Translations under genes and position numbers: made by a program
The notes under the pieces: generated by a model
Database searches by the model: none
The model's input: only the letters and a program-made list of their open reading frames with translations
Told to the model about the DNA's origin: nothing
From: Gammaproteobacteria bacterium
GTDB taxonomy: Bacteria > Pseudomonadota > Gammaproteobacteria > Ga0077536
Assembly (NCBI GenBank): GCA_963662545.2
Contig: CAXXLL010000003.1
Location: forward strand, 1,792,001-1,856,000
Direction: 5' to 3'
DNA: 64,000 nt
In this document: piece by piece, positions 39,442-48,944 of the stretch
Position numbering within the stretch: the first letter of the stretch is position 1
Layout of the letters: each line of letters starts with the position of its first letter

Positions 39442-40167
39442 ATGGCGAACGAAGCAGTGGTAGATGAGACGGGGCGCTCGATAGCAATGGTAGAAGGCCT
39501 GCAGGGCGTTGTCGCCGATTGGTCTTCCGATCAGCGCGCCTTCAAGCGGGTGCCCTGGGGCAAGGCGATGATGTGGATCTTCCTGCTCAGTGACACTTTT
39601 ATCTTCGCCTGCTTTCTGACCAGCTACATGGCGGTACGCATGTCCACCACCGTACCCTGGCCCAACCCCAGCGAAGTGTTCGCCTTAACACTCTTTGGCA
39701 AACATATCCCGTTGATCTTGATCGCCATCATGACGTTCATACTGATCAGTAGCAGCGGCACCATGGCCATGGCCGTTAAGTTCGGTTATGAAAAAAACAA
39801 GAAAATGACCACTATCCTGTTGCTCGTGACCGCCCTATTCGGCGCTTCATTCGTCGGTATGCAGGCTTTCGAATGGACCAAGCTGATCGAAGAAGGCGTA
39901 CGTCCTTGGGGTAATCCGATGGGTGCGGCACAGTTTGGCGCCAGCTTTTTCATGATTACCGGCTTTCACGGCACCCACGTGACAATCGGCGTGATTTTTC
40001 TGCTCATCGTGGCTAGAAAGACGTGGAAGGGACAACTCGATGAGATGAAGCCAGGCTTTTTCACCAGCCGCAGGGGCGGCTACGAGGTCGTTGAAATCAT
40101 GGGCCTGTACTGGCATTTCGTCGATCTGGTGTGGGTGTTTATCTTCGCACTTTTTTATCTCTGGTAG
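39442..40167 (+). CDS. Cytochrome c oxidase subunit III family (CoxP-like)
   Basis: WGKAMMWIFLLSDTFIF, FFMITGFHGTHV, GLYWHFVDLVWVFIF. Confidence 0.9.
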   Translation: MANEAVVDETGRSIAMVEGLQGVVADWSSDQRAFKRVPWGKAMMWIFLLSDTFIFACFLTSYMAVRMSTTVPWPNPSEVFALTLFGKHIPLILIAIMTFILISSSGTMAMAVKFGYEKNKKMTTILLLVTALFGASFVGMQAFEWTKLIEEGVRPWGNPMGAAQFGASFFMITGFHGTHVTIGVIFLLIVARKTWKGQLDEMKPGFFTSRRGGYEVVEIMGLYWHFVDLVWVFIFALFYLW

Positions 40168-40175
40168 GGGCAGGT

Positions 40176-40550
40176 ATGAGTGAAGCACAAGTAGAAGCAC
40201 AAGTAGAAGCGCAACAGCATCCGATTGCTATTTATTTCTGGGTCTGGGGCGCGCTGTTTGTTCTAAGCACGCTGTCTTACATGGTTGACTACATGCAGTT
40301 TCAAGGCCTTCTCCGGTGGTCCCTGATCCTTATTTTCATGTTTTTGAAAGCCGGGTTTATCGTCGCCATCTTCATGCATTTGTACTACGAGCGAATGGCC
40401 TTGGCGTGTGCCCTTCTGATACCGACAGGCGCTTTGCTGGTGCTGATCGGCCTGATGTCGTCCGAAGCAGGCTATATCAACACAACGCGGGACATATATC
40501 TCGACGAAGGGTCCGGCATCCTGGTGATGGAAGAGGGACCAACACATTAG
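40176..40550 (+). CDS. Cytochrome c oxidase subunit IV family (CoxQ-like)
   Basis: QQHPIAIYFWVW, KAGFIVAIFMHL..ER; three TM helices; last gene of the operon. Confidence 0.85.
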   Translation: MSEAQVEAQVEAQQHPIAIYFWVWGALFVLSTLSYMVDYMQFQGLLRWSLILIFMFLKAGFIVAIFMHLYYERMALACALLIPTGALLVLIGLMSSEAGYINTTRDIYLDEGSGILVMEEGPTH

Positions 40551-41069
40551 ACGGTAGTCAGTAGACCATGGTGGTGTTGAACCTGTTACAGTCTCCTCTC
40601 TACATTTTCACCTGGGAAAGAAAAAGCAAAACGGATTAGCCAGGACAAATTAACTCGACCTACTCCGACTTGTGATGTCATCGATCGGATCGCTCGAGTT
40701 GCACACTGGACGATCCGTCCAAAATGAACCCGGACTCTCAGTGCTGGACGCCCAGGAGCCGGCACTGACTTAACGACGGCGGCGGTCTGAAGGGCTTCGA
40801 AAAAGACCCTGAATTCTAGTCGTTCGTACACCCGCATGCGGGCGAATGCTTCGTTTTACCATACGACTGCTTCGCGGCCGATCGCGGGCCCGCTCTCTCG
40901 TTGAGGCTCGCCAGCAATTCGTACGCGGTCACGGGCTTCGAGATGGAGCCCTGGTTCAGGATCTCGGCGGCGTATTTTGTTATCGCGAAGGGCCGAAATT
41001 CCGTCTCATACACGATTCGTTATATAATTAGAACGATTCAACTGTTCGCTTTCAGCTAGGGGGCGTGGG

Positions 41070-41588
41070 ATGAACAGACGGATGTATTTCGTCCTTCCCG
41101 ATGTCGAAACAGCCCAACAGGTCGAACACGATCTGCTGTTGGCACGCATCGAAGAACGGCGCATGCACTTCCTTGGGCGGCGCGGCACAGATCTCAAGGA
41201 TCTCCCTGAAGCCAGTAATGCGCAGAAGTCGGATCTGCGGCATGGGATGTACGTCGGGCTCGTTGCTGGCGTTGTGACGGGTGCGATCTTGGGAGCTGGA
41301 CTCTACGTATACCCGGACCTCATCGGAATTCCGGTCAATCCGGGCGCAATTCTGCTGCTCGCGGCGTTCGGCGCCGTGCTGGGTGTATTCGTTTCCGGAC
41401 CACTCATAGGTTCGAGTACACCGAACGTCCATCTCAAGGAATTCGATAAGGATTTCGAACAGGGTCGGATCGTTCTGATCCTCGATATTCCAAAGGACCG
41501 GGTCGATGAGATTCGTACGCTGATCAAAGGGCATTTCCCGGCCGCCGAGGACCACGGCGTGGAGCCGACGATGCCGGCCTTTCCTTAG
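41070..41588 (+). CDS. Glycine-zipper membrane protein (DUF1269-like)
   Basis: RRMYFVLPD, DLPEA, Gly/Ala-rich TM pair, F..D.E.GRIVLILD. Confidence 0.65.
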   Translation: MNRRMYFVLPDVETAQQVEHDLLLARIEERRMHFLGRRGTDLKDLPEASNAQKSDLRHGMYVGLVAGVVTGAILGAGLYVYPDLIGIPVNPGAILLLAAFGAVLGVFVSGPLIGSSTPNVHLKEFDKDFEQGRIVLILDIPKDRVDEIRTLIKGHFPAAEDHGVEPTMPAFP

Positions 41589-41895
41589 TCCGGCACGCGC
41601 ACCTGCTTGGAGACGAAAGGCTCAAGTCTTCGCTCATTCCATGATTAAAGCGCACCTTCGAGATCGCCGGTTACACGCGACTGCGCGATGCCTTTAGTGA
41701 TGGAGTCACCCTCGCTCTTTCGGCGGGTCAGTTCATCGGTCAGAAGATCCGCAGCAAGATCAGCCGGGCCAGTACGCTCACCAGGAATCCCCAGTCTGGC
41801 GGGTGCAAGCTCACGTGCTCTCGCCGGCTGGGCGGGGAACTGAACGACCCTCGACTATAAGTCGATTGGTTCGATAAGGTCGAATAAATTCAACT

Positions 41896-41923
41896 GGTTC
41901 AACCTAAGTCCGACGGGCTGCTA
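41896..41923 (+). repeat. 28-bp direct repeat, right boundary of the accessory segment
   Basis: Identical to 31109-31136; ends 8 bp from the pyrE stop codon. Confidence 0.9.
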
Positions 41924-41931
41924 AGGATGGG

Positions 41932-42567
41932 TTAAACGCCGTATTCAGCAAGATAGGCTTCTACGGCAGCCACTTCCCGCTCGTATTCCCTTTTTTCGCG
42001 CAGATAGTCCAACACGGTGCAGAGCGCGACGATACTACCGACCGGAATGCCATGCTCGCGTTCGACCTGCTGCGCGGCGGACAGTGCGCCGCTGCCTCGC
42101 TCTTCGCGATCCAGCGCGATCACCACGCCCGCCGGACGCGCACCCGCGCGCTCGATGACACCCATGGAGTAGTTAATGGAGGTCCCCGCTGAATCGTCGA
42201 CGATCAGAATGCGTCCGACCAGGGGCGCGCCCAGCGTCTCGCCGCCCTCGCCGTGATCTTTCCGCTCCTTGCGGTTGAAACAGAACGGTAGGTCGCGGCC
42301 AAGGTCGCGATAGAAGGCTATTGCGATGGCCGCTCCGAGCGGGATGCCCTTGTACGCCGGCCCGAACAACACGTCGAACTCGATGCCGCCCGCAGCGATC
42401 GCCGCGGCATAGTATGCGCCGAGCCGGCTCAGGGCCGCGCCGGAATCGAACGCGCCGGTATTGAAAAAGTACGGACTGACGCGTCCCGATTTGAGCGTGA
42501 ACTTCCCGAAACGGAGCGCGCCTTCGGCGATAGCGAACCGTATAAACTCGCGCTGGTAGCCTTCCAT
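41932..42567 (-). CDS. pyrE: Orotate phosphoribosyltransferase (2-aa deletion in the PRPP motif)
   Basis: [44 protein letters not shown]. The PRPP motif reads IVDDSAGTS. Confidence 0.95.
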   Translation of the reverse strand: MEGYQREFIRFAIAEGALRFGKFTLKSGRVSPYFFNTGAFDSGAALSRLGAYYAAAIAAGGIEFDVLFGPAYKGIPLGAAIAIAFYRDLGRDLPFCFNRKERKDHGEGGETLGAPLVGRILIVDDSAGTSINYSMGVIERAGARPAGVVIALDREERGSGALSAAQQVEREHGIPVGSIVALCTVLDYLREKREYEREVAAVEAYLAEYGV

Positions 42568-42674
42568 TCCTATGTTCCGCAGCGATATGGTTCCTCGTTC
42601 CGTGGGGTATGATACGCGCCGTCACTCCCCATGGCACTGGAACCCGGTCCTGCAACACCGTCTGCCGGAGATTT

Positions 42675-43457
42675 ATGCGAGTCATATCAATCAACATGAA
42701 CGGTATCCGCTCGGCGCATGCCAAGGGATTTTACCAATGGTTGTCGCGCCAGCGCGCCGATGTCGTCTGCGTGCAGGAAACGAAAGCGCAGGTCGAACAA
42801 CTAGTCGATGAGATTCGTTCGCCCGGGCGTTGGCATACCTACTTCGTCGACGCCGAGAAGAAAGGCTACAGCGGGGTCGCTTTGTTCACGCGGATCGAGC
42901 CCGACAAAATCGTCTGCGGGCTGGGGTGGGACGAATTCGACGCAGAAGGCCGCTACGTGCAAGCCGATTTCGGCGGGCTCTCGATCGCATCGGTCTACCT
43001 GCCGTCCGGATCGTCCGGCGATGAACGCCAGCAGATGAAGTTCCTCTTTCTCGACAAGTTCATGCCCTGGCTCAAGGAGCGGCGCAAAGAGAACCGCGAA
43101 TACATCCTGTGCGGTGACTGGAACATAGCCCACCGCAAGATCGATTTGAAGAACTGGCGATCGAATCAAAAGAATTCGGGATTCCTGCCCGAAGAGCGTG
43201 CGTGGATGGACGAACTCTTCAGCGAGGTCGGCTTCGTCGATGCATTCCGCGCGGTCAACCAGGATGCCGAACAATACACTTGGTGGTCGAATCGCGGTCG
43301 ATCCTGGGATAACAACGTCGGGTGGCGTCTCGACTACCAGGTGATCACGCCCGGGCTTGCGCCGATCGTCGAGAAGGCCGCTATTTACAAGCGCGCCCGT
43401 TTCTCGGACCACGCACCTCTCATTATGGATTACGCGTGCAAGATCACCGACTTCTGA
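42675..43457 (+). CDS. xth: Exodeoxyribonuclease III
   Basis: NMNGIR, VQETK, KGYSGV, YLPSG, GDWNIAH, RLDY and SDHAP are all intact. Confidence 0.93.
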   Translation: MRVISINMNGIRSAHAKGFYQWLSRQRADVVCVQETKAQVEQLVDEIRSPGRWHTYFVDAEKKGYSGVALFTRIEPDKIVCGLGWDEFDAEGRYVQADFGGLSIASVYLPSGSSGDERQQMKFLFLDKFMPWLKERRKENREYILCGDWNIAHRKIDLKNWRSNQKNSGFLPEERAWMDELFSEVGFVDAFRAVNQDAEQYTWWSNRGRSWDNNVGWRLDYQVITPGLAPIVEKAAIYKRARFSDHAPLIMDYACKITDF

Positions 43458-43468
43458 ACGGAATTTAA

Positions 43469-43651
43469 TTCGCCCGCAAGCGGGCTTCTACGGATGTCGG
43501 GGATCGTTCTGTGGCTGCCATCCATGGCACGACCGCCCGGCTTCGTTCAATCCCAGCCCGGCCATCTGTGGCCGGGCGTTCGCCGGGGAAAGCCATGTTA
43601 AATGGCTTTTCCTTTTTCCGGCTCACCCATAGGAGCTCGCTTGCGACCGAA
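43469..43651. repeat. Inverted pair of REP-like sequences between convergent xth and metW
   Basis: TTCGCCCGCAAGCGGGCTTCTAC (43469-43491; minus strand GTAGAAGCCCGCTTGCGGGCGAA) and ATAGGAGCTCGCTTGCGACCGAA (43629-43651). Confidence 0.6.
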
Positions 43652-43682
43652 CAAACCGATCCTTATTGATCCCACGCGGCGT

Positions 43683-44291
43683 TCAAGCCTTGCGCTTGAT
43701 CCGGTAGATTGCGATCTCGGCGAGCAGGTTCGGCAGCAAGCGCATCCCGATTACAGCGCGGTGCTGCGAATCGACGGCGGCGCGTTCCAGTATCTCGATG
43801 TGTTCGGCCTCGCACAGTTCATCGAAATCCTTGACGGTGCACATATGAATATTGGGCGTGTCATACCAGGTATTCGGTAGATACCGCGTGACCGGCATCC
43901 TACCCAGCATGAACTGCGCGCGGCACTTCCAATGGCCCATGTTCGGGAAAGTCACGATCCCTTCGCGGCCGATACGCAGGATCTCGTCGATCAACAGGTG
44001 CGGAAACCGCATCGCTTGAACCGTCTGCGTCATGATGACGTAATCGAAAGAGTCCTCGTCGAAATCAGACAGACCTTCATCCAGATTCGAGTGGATGACG
44101 TTCACCCCACGCTCGATACAGGCGACGATGTTGTCGGGATCGATCTCGATACCGTAGCCCGTAACGTGCTTGCTGGCGTGCAATTCCGCAAGCAGCGCGC
44201 CGTCGCCGCAACCCAGATCGAGCACACGGCTGCCCTCGGCGATCCAGTCCGCAATCAGGATCTGCTCGGCGCTCAGTGATTCGATGTTCAA
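43683..44291 (-). CDS. metW: Methionine biosynthesis protein MetW
   Basis: [29 protein letters not shown]; overlaps the metX stop. Confidence 0.95.
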   Translation of the reverse strand: MNIESLSAEQILIADWIAEGSRVLDLGCGDGALLAELHASKHVTGYGIEIDPDNIVACIERGVNVIHSNLDEGLSDFDEDSFDYVIMTQTVQAMRFPHLLIDEILRIGREGIVTFPNMGHWKCRAQFMLGRMPVTRYLPNTWYDTPNIHMCTVKDFDELCEAEHIEILERAAVDSQHRAVIGMRLLPNLLAEIAIYRIKRKA

Positions 44292-45430
44292 GGGCCGGTC
44301 TCAACGCGCGCGAAATACGCGCGCAACAGCTTGTGATACTGCGGGATGGGCAGCAGAAAGGAATCGTGCCCCAGTTCCGACGCGACGTCGACATAACTCA
44401 CGTCGTGATCGCCATCGAGCAGTGCCCGTACAACGGTCCGCGAGCGTGCGGGCGAAAAGCGCCAGTCGCTACTGAACGAAATCACCAGAAATTTTGATTT
44501 GCAGTTCGCAACCGCCGCGGTGAGGCTGTCGCCGTAAGCCTGTGCAGGATCGAAGTAATCGAGCGATTTGGTCATCAGCAGATAGGTATTCGCATCGAAG
44601 CGGCCGACGAAGGATTCGCCCTGGTACCTAAGGTAACTCTCGATTTCAAAATCGATGCCAAATCCGAAATTGATCTTTCCGCCATGCAGTTCGCGACCGA
44701 ATTTCGTATGCAGCACATCGTCGGACAGATAGGTTATGTGGCCGACCATGCGCGCCAGCATCAACCCACGTTCGGGAATGACGTTGTGCTCGTAATAATG
44801 ACCGTCGTGGAAATCCGGATCCGAGCGAATCGCGTGGCGAGCGATTTCGTTGAAAGCGATGTTTTGCGTCGAGAGCTTCGGCGCCGCTGCAATCAGGAGG
44901 GCGTGACGGATCCGCTCGGGATATTGGATGGCCCATTGGAGCGCCTGCATGCCGCCCAGGCTGCCGCCCATCACGGCCGCCCACTGTTCAATCCCAAGGT
45001 TGTCCGCCAGGCGCGACTGACTTTCTACCCAATCGCGCACGGTCACGATCGGAAAGTCGGGACCGTAAGGTTTCCCGGTATCGGCGCGGATCGACAAGGG
45101 ACCGGTGGAACCCCCGCAACCGCCCAGGTTGTTCGGACAAACAACGAAAAAGCGATCGGTATCGAGCGGCTTCCCAGGGCCTATGCAGTTGTCCCACCAG
45201 CCGGATTTCTGATCGCTTGAGTCGTGATAACCGGCCGCGTGGTGATCGCCGCTGAGCGCGTGGCAGATCAATACGGCATTGTCGCGTGCCGTGTTGAGTT
45301 CGCCGTAGGTCTCATAGCAGAGTTCATAACGGTCGAGCAAAGCGCCGCTGTCCAACGTGAGCGGCGCATCGAAGTGCTGGGTCTTGGGAGACACCAGGCC
45401 GACGCTGTCGGCAGGTATCGTCTGGGGCAT
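44288..45430 (-). CDS. metX: Homoserine O-acyltransferase
   Basis: [42 protein letters not shown]. Confidence 0.96.
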   Translation of the reverse strand: MPQTIPADSVGLVSPKTQHFDAPLTLDSGALLDRYELCYETYGELNTARDNAVLICHALSGDHHAAGYHDSSDQKSGWWDNCIGPGKPLDTDRFFVVCPNNLGGCGGSTGPLSIRADTGKPYGPDFPIVTVRDWVESQSRLADNLGIEQWAAVMGGSLGGMQALQWAIQYPERIRHALLIAAAPKLSTQNIAFNEIARHAIRSDPDFHDGHYYEHNVIPERGLMLARMVGHITYLSDDVLHTKFGRELHGGKINFGFGIDFEIESYLRYQGESFVGRFDANTYLLMTKSLDYFDPAQAYGDSLTAAVANCKSKFLVISFSSDWRFSPARSRTVVRALLDGDHDVSYVDVASELGHDSFLLPIPQYHKLLRAYFARVETGP

Positions 45431-45590
45431 GGGTCGCGTGGCCTGTTGCTTTTAGCAGGATGTCGAACAACGATATCCCGTCGTTTTCCAGTAGCCTGTT
45501 AGGGTTGGTTTGTGTTCGAGTCTAATAACTGCGAGCGCAGCTCGCAACGCCGGCCAGCCCGTGCGACGGATCGTTTTTCGCACGCGACGC

Positions 45591-46169
45591 TCAGAGCAGG
45601 CTGTAACCGAGGTCGCGAATCGGTGCTACGCCGATAATCAGTATGAGATTCAACCCGAGGATAACGATCAGCGGCGAGAGATCCAGACCACCCAACGGCG
45701 GGATCACACTGCGCACAGGCCGCAGCAGTGGGTCAGTCAGCGAATAGATGATCGAGATAACAGGATTGTAGGCGCCCGCCGCGACCCAGCTCAGGATCAC
45801 CTGGATGATGATGGCCCCAATGAAGGTCCACACCGTTTTGCTCAGAAGCTCGGCCAGGGCGACGACGATGAGGCCGGGCACTGCCGGGTCCGCGCCCACG
45901 ACGATAGCGACGAGCCAGGTGTTGAGCATTTGCAGCACGAATAAAAGGATGATCGACGAGGTATCCAGCCCGCCGAGGGCGGGGATGTATCGACGCATGG
46001 GCCGCAGCGGCGGGTTAGTCACCGTGACGATGGCCTCGCACAAGGGGTTGTAGAAATCGGCGCGCACCAGCTGAAATAAGAATCTCAGCAGGACGGCGAG
46101 GATGTAGAGCCCGAACACGGCGTTGATCAAAAAAACGCCGGCGTTGGAAAAATAAGCCCCGCCGCCCAT
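45591..46169 (-). CDS. yggT: YggT family membrane protein
   Basis: ADFYNPL, TNPPLRPMRRYIP, GGLDLSP; follows proC. Confidence 0.92.
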   Translation of the reverse strand: MGGGAYFSNAGVFLINAVFGLYILAVLLRFLFQLVRADFYNPLCEAIVTVTNPPLRPMRRYIPALGGLDTSSIILLFVLQMLNTWLVAIVVGADPAVPGLIVVALAELLSKTVWTFIGAIIIQVILSWVAAGAYNPVISIIYSLTDPLLRPVRSVIPPLGGLDLSPLIVILGLNLILIIGVAPIRDLGYSLL

Positions 46170-46987
46170 CAGGTATCCATCGACCGGGCAAGTTCGACTG
46201 AACGGTCGCGCGCCGCGCGCAGGGCGTCCGCAACGACACTATCGAGTCCTGCCGCTGCAAAGGCCTTAAGCGCGTGTTCAGTCGTACCGCCCGGGGAGGT
46301 GACCTGCTGGCGCAGCGTCGCCGGATCGAGATCAGATTCACGTGCCAGGAGCGCGGCGCCATACGCGGTTTGGATCGCAAGGCGCCGTGCGATCTCTGTG
46401 GGCAATCCCAGTCCGGCAGCGGCGCGTTCGAGCAGTTCAAGGAGGAGGAAAAAATAAGCCGGGCCGCTGCCCGATAGGGCAGTTACCGCATCCATTAATT
46501 CTTCGTCGTCCAACCACACCGCGATGCCGACGGCTTCCAGCAACCCGTCCGCGAGCCTTTGTTGCTCCGCAGATACGTTCGCGTTGGCGAACAGCGCAGC
46601 CGCGCCTGCGCCGACGAGCGCGGGCGTGTTCGGCATACAGCGCACGATGGCGCGGTCGTCGCCCAGCCATGCACTGAGGTGGCCGACCGTGACGCCGGCC
46701 GCGATGGAAAGATAGAGCGGCCGGCTGTCGCTATGGGCGGCCAGATTGAGCGCGACCTCGCGGATCTGCTGCGGCTTGACGGCAAGGACGACGACATCGG
46801 CGCCGCGCGCGGCGTCGCCGTTTTGCTCGAAGACTTTGATTCCGATTTCCCGAGCGCAGCGATCCCTGCTGTCGGTGACCGGATCGGCCGCCCGTATTTG
46901 CGAAGCCGAATGACCACCGGTGATCAAGCCGCTCATGAGCGCGCGGCCCATATTACCGGCGCCAATGAAGGCGTAGGAAGGTTTCAT
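46169..46987 (-). CDS. proC: Pyrroline-5-carboxylate reductase
   Basis: GAGNMG, LAVKPQ, RCMPNTP, ALSGSGPAY, VTSPGGTT. Confidence 0.97.
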   Translation of the reverse strand: MKPSYAFIGAGNMGRALMSGLITGGHSASQIRAADPVTDSRDRCAREIGIKVFEQNGDAARGADVVVLAVKPQQIREVALNLAAHSDSRPLYLSIAAGVTVGHLSAWLGDDRAIVRCMPNTPALVGAGAAALFANANVSAEQQRLADGLLEAVGIAVWLDDEELMDAVTALSGSGPAYFFLLLELLERAAAGLGLPTEIARRLAIQTAYGAALLARESDLDPATLRQQVTSPGGTTEHALKAFAAAGLDSVVADALRAARDRSVELARSMDT

Positions 46988-47028
46988 CTAAAATGGGATC
47001 CTGATTGCGCGAAGTTTATCACGCCGCT

Positions 47029-47703
47029 TCAAGCGCGCGGACCGAACACCGCCGTTCCGATCCGAACCATGGTCGACCCTTCGGCGATGGCTGCTTCGAA
47101 GTCACCCGAGGTGCCGATCGACAGGGTATCGAACGACACCGTGCTCTCCGCAGCAAGCTTGGCCAGCTGCGCGAATGCCCGGCGCTGACGCTCGAATACG
47201 GTTTCAGGTGCCGGCAGCGCCATCAGGCCGCGAAGTTTGAGCCGCGGCAATTCGACGACGGCTTCGATCAACGCTGGCAATGCGCTCGGGGCGATCCCGC
47301 TCTTGGTTTTTTCACCACTCGTGTTGACCTGTAAGCACACGTTCAGGGGTGGGCGGCCGGCCGGACGCTGCTCACTCAAGCGGCGCGCAAGCTTCTCTCG
47401 GTCGACGGTATGGACCCAGTCGAACAGGGCAGCGATCTCGGCTGTTTTATTGCTCTGGACGGTGCCGATGAAATGCCAAACAGCGGTGGGTTCGGCCAGC
47501 GCCTCGATTTTGGTTTTCGCCTCTTTGAGGTAATTTTCGCCGAAGGCGCGCTGCCCCGCGGATAATGCTTCGCGGACAGCCTCGGCGGGCTGGTGTTTAC
47601 TGACCACCATGAGTGCCACGCTGCCGGGGTCTCGCCCGTAGCGCGATTCGCAAGCACGGATGGTCTCGTCGACGCGTTCCAGGCGTTCGCGGACCTCACT
47701 CAT
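47029..47703 (-). CDS. yggS: PLP homeostasis protein
   Basis: VSK, FGENY, WHFIG.VQSNK, GSTMVRIGTAVFG. Confidence 0.95.
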   Translation of the reverse strand: MSEVRERLERVDETIRACESRYGRDPGSVALMVVSKHQPAEAVREALSAGQRAFGENYLKEAKTKIEALAEPTAVWHFIGTVQSNKTAEIAALFDWVHTVDREKLARRLSEQRPAGRPPLNVCLQVNTSGEKTKSGIAPSALPALIEAVVELPRLKLRGLMALPAPETVFERQRRAFAQLAKLAAESTVSFDTLSIGTSGDFEAAIAEGSTMVRIGTAVFGPRA

Positions 47704-47827
47704 TGCGATACTGCGAGCGCACGGAAGCTGTCATAATTCATGGCATGTAAAGGCGTATCTTGGTAAAGTTTCAGGCGGCATTGGCGGTTACTGCCGTCAA
47801 GATTTCAACCCGCTTCGAGGATAGCCT

Positions 47828-48862
47828 ATGGACATCGGTGAGCTACTCGCGTTCGGCGTGAAAAACGGCGCTTCCGACTTGCACCTCTCCGCTGGCCTGC
47901 CACCCATGATACGCGTGGACGGCGACGTCCGGCGCATCAACGTCCCAGCGATGGATCACACCGAGGTTCATGATCTCGTCTACGACATCATGAACGACAA
48001 GCAGCAGAAGGATTTCGAGGAGTTCCTCGAGTGCGACTTCTCTTTCGAGATCCCCGGGCTCGCACGCTTCCGCGTCAACGCCTTTAACCAGAATCGCGGC
48101 GCCGGCGCCGTGTTCCGGACCATCCCGTCTGAGATCCTGACCCTCGAGGATCTCAAGGCCCCCGATATCTTCAAGGAGATTTCCGACTATCCGCGCGGCG
48201 TCGTCCTCGTGACCGGCCCCACGGGCTCCGGCAAGTCCACCACGCTGGCCGCGATGGTGAATCACAAAAATGAAACGGAATACGGTCATATCCTGACGAT
48301 CGAGGACCCCATCGAATTCGTGCACCAGAGCAAGAAGTGCCTGATCAATCAGCGCGAGGTGCATCGCGACACGCTGGGGTTCAATGAAGCGCTGCGATCG
48401 GCGTTGCGTGAAGATCCCGACACCATACTGGTCGGCGAGATGCGCGATCTCGAAACGATCCGCCTCGCACTGTCCGCTGCCGAGACGGGCCACCTCGTCT
48501 TCGGTACGCTGCACACGAGTTCCGCCGCCAAGACCATCGACCGCGTGGTCGACGTGTTCCCGGCGGCGGAAAAGGACATGGTGCGGGCGATGATGTCCGA
48601 GTCCCTGCGCGCGGTCATTTCGCAGACCCTGATGAAGAAACAGGGCGGCGGCCGCGTTGCCGCGCATGAGATCATGATCGGCACGCCGGCCATTCGAAAT
48701 CTCATTCGTGAAAACAAGATTGCGCAGATGTTTTCCGCAATCCAGACCGGTCATCAGTTCGGCATGCAGACGCTGGATCAGGACCTGAAGAAGCTCGTTG
48801 AGAAAAATGTGGTAACGCGCCAGGAAGCGCGCCTGAAAGCGGCCAACAAGGACGCCTTTTAG
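47828..48862 (+). CDS. pilT: Type IV pilus retraction ATPase PilT
   Basis: SDLHLSAG, GPTGSGKSTT, EDPIE, LREDPD, AIRNLIRE motif. Confidence 0.97.
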   Translation: MDIGELLAFGVKNGASDLHLSAGLPPMIRVDGDVRRINVPAMDHTEVHDLVYDIMNDKQQKDFEEFLECDFSFEIPGLARFRVNAFNQNRGAGAVFRTIPSEILTLEDLKAPDIFKEISDYPRGVVLVTGPTGSGKSTTLAAMVNHKNETEYGHILTIEDPIEFVHQSKKCLINQREVHRDTLGFNEALRSALREDPDTILVGEMRDLETIRLALSAAETGHLVFGTLHTSSAAKTIDRVVDVFPAAEKDMVRAMMSESLRAVISQTLMKKQGGGRVAAHEIMIGTPAIRNLIRENKIAQMFSAIQTGHQFGMQTLDQDLKKLVEKNVVTRQEARLKAANKDAF

Positions 48863-48944
48863 TCAAGCCCAGGCGCGGCAATCAAGGTGTACAAGCGCGA
48901 GGCCGGTAAATCCGAGCCATCGCGTGTAATTCCGGAGGTTTGAG

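Noticed and set aside
40182-40214. 12-bp tandem duplication (GAAGCACAAGTA x2) in the subunit IV gene
   Set aside because: In frame and in an unstructured N-terminus; no evident consequence.
40560-41060. Unexplained spacer with a possible receiver-domain tail (ISKPVTAYELLASL, minus strand)
   Set aside because: Too short and degenerate to support a call.
41825-41870. Hairpin TCGAC-TATAA-GTCGA resembling a tRNA anticodon arm near the island end
   Set aside because: No T-arm, D-arm or acceptor stem can be built.
42675-43457. Crc, suggested by the position divergent from pyrE
   Set aside because: Nuclease catalytic residues (QE, GDWN, SDH) are intact, unlike Pseudomonas Crc.
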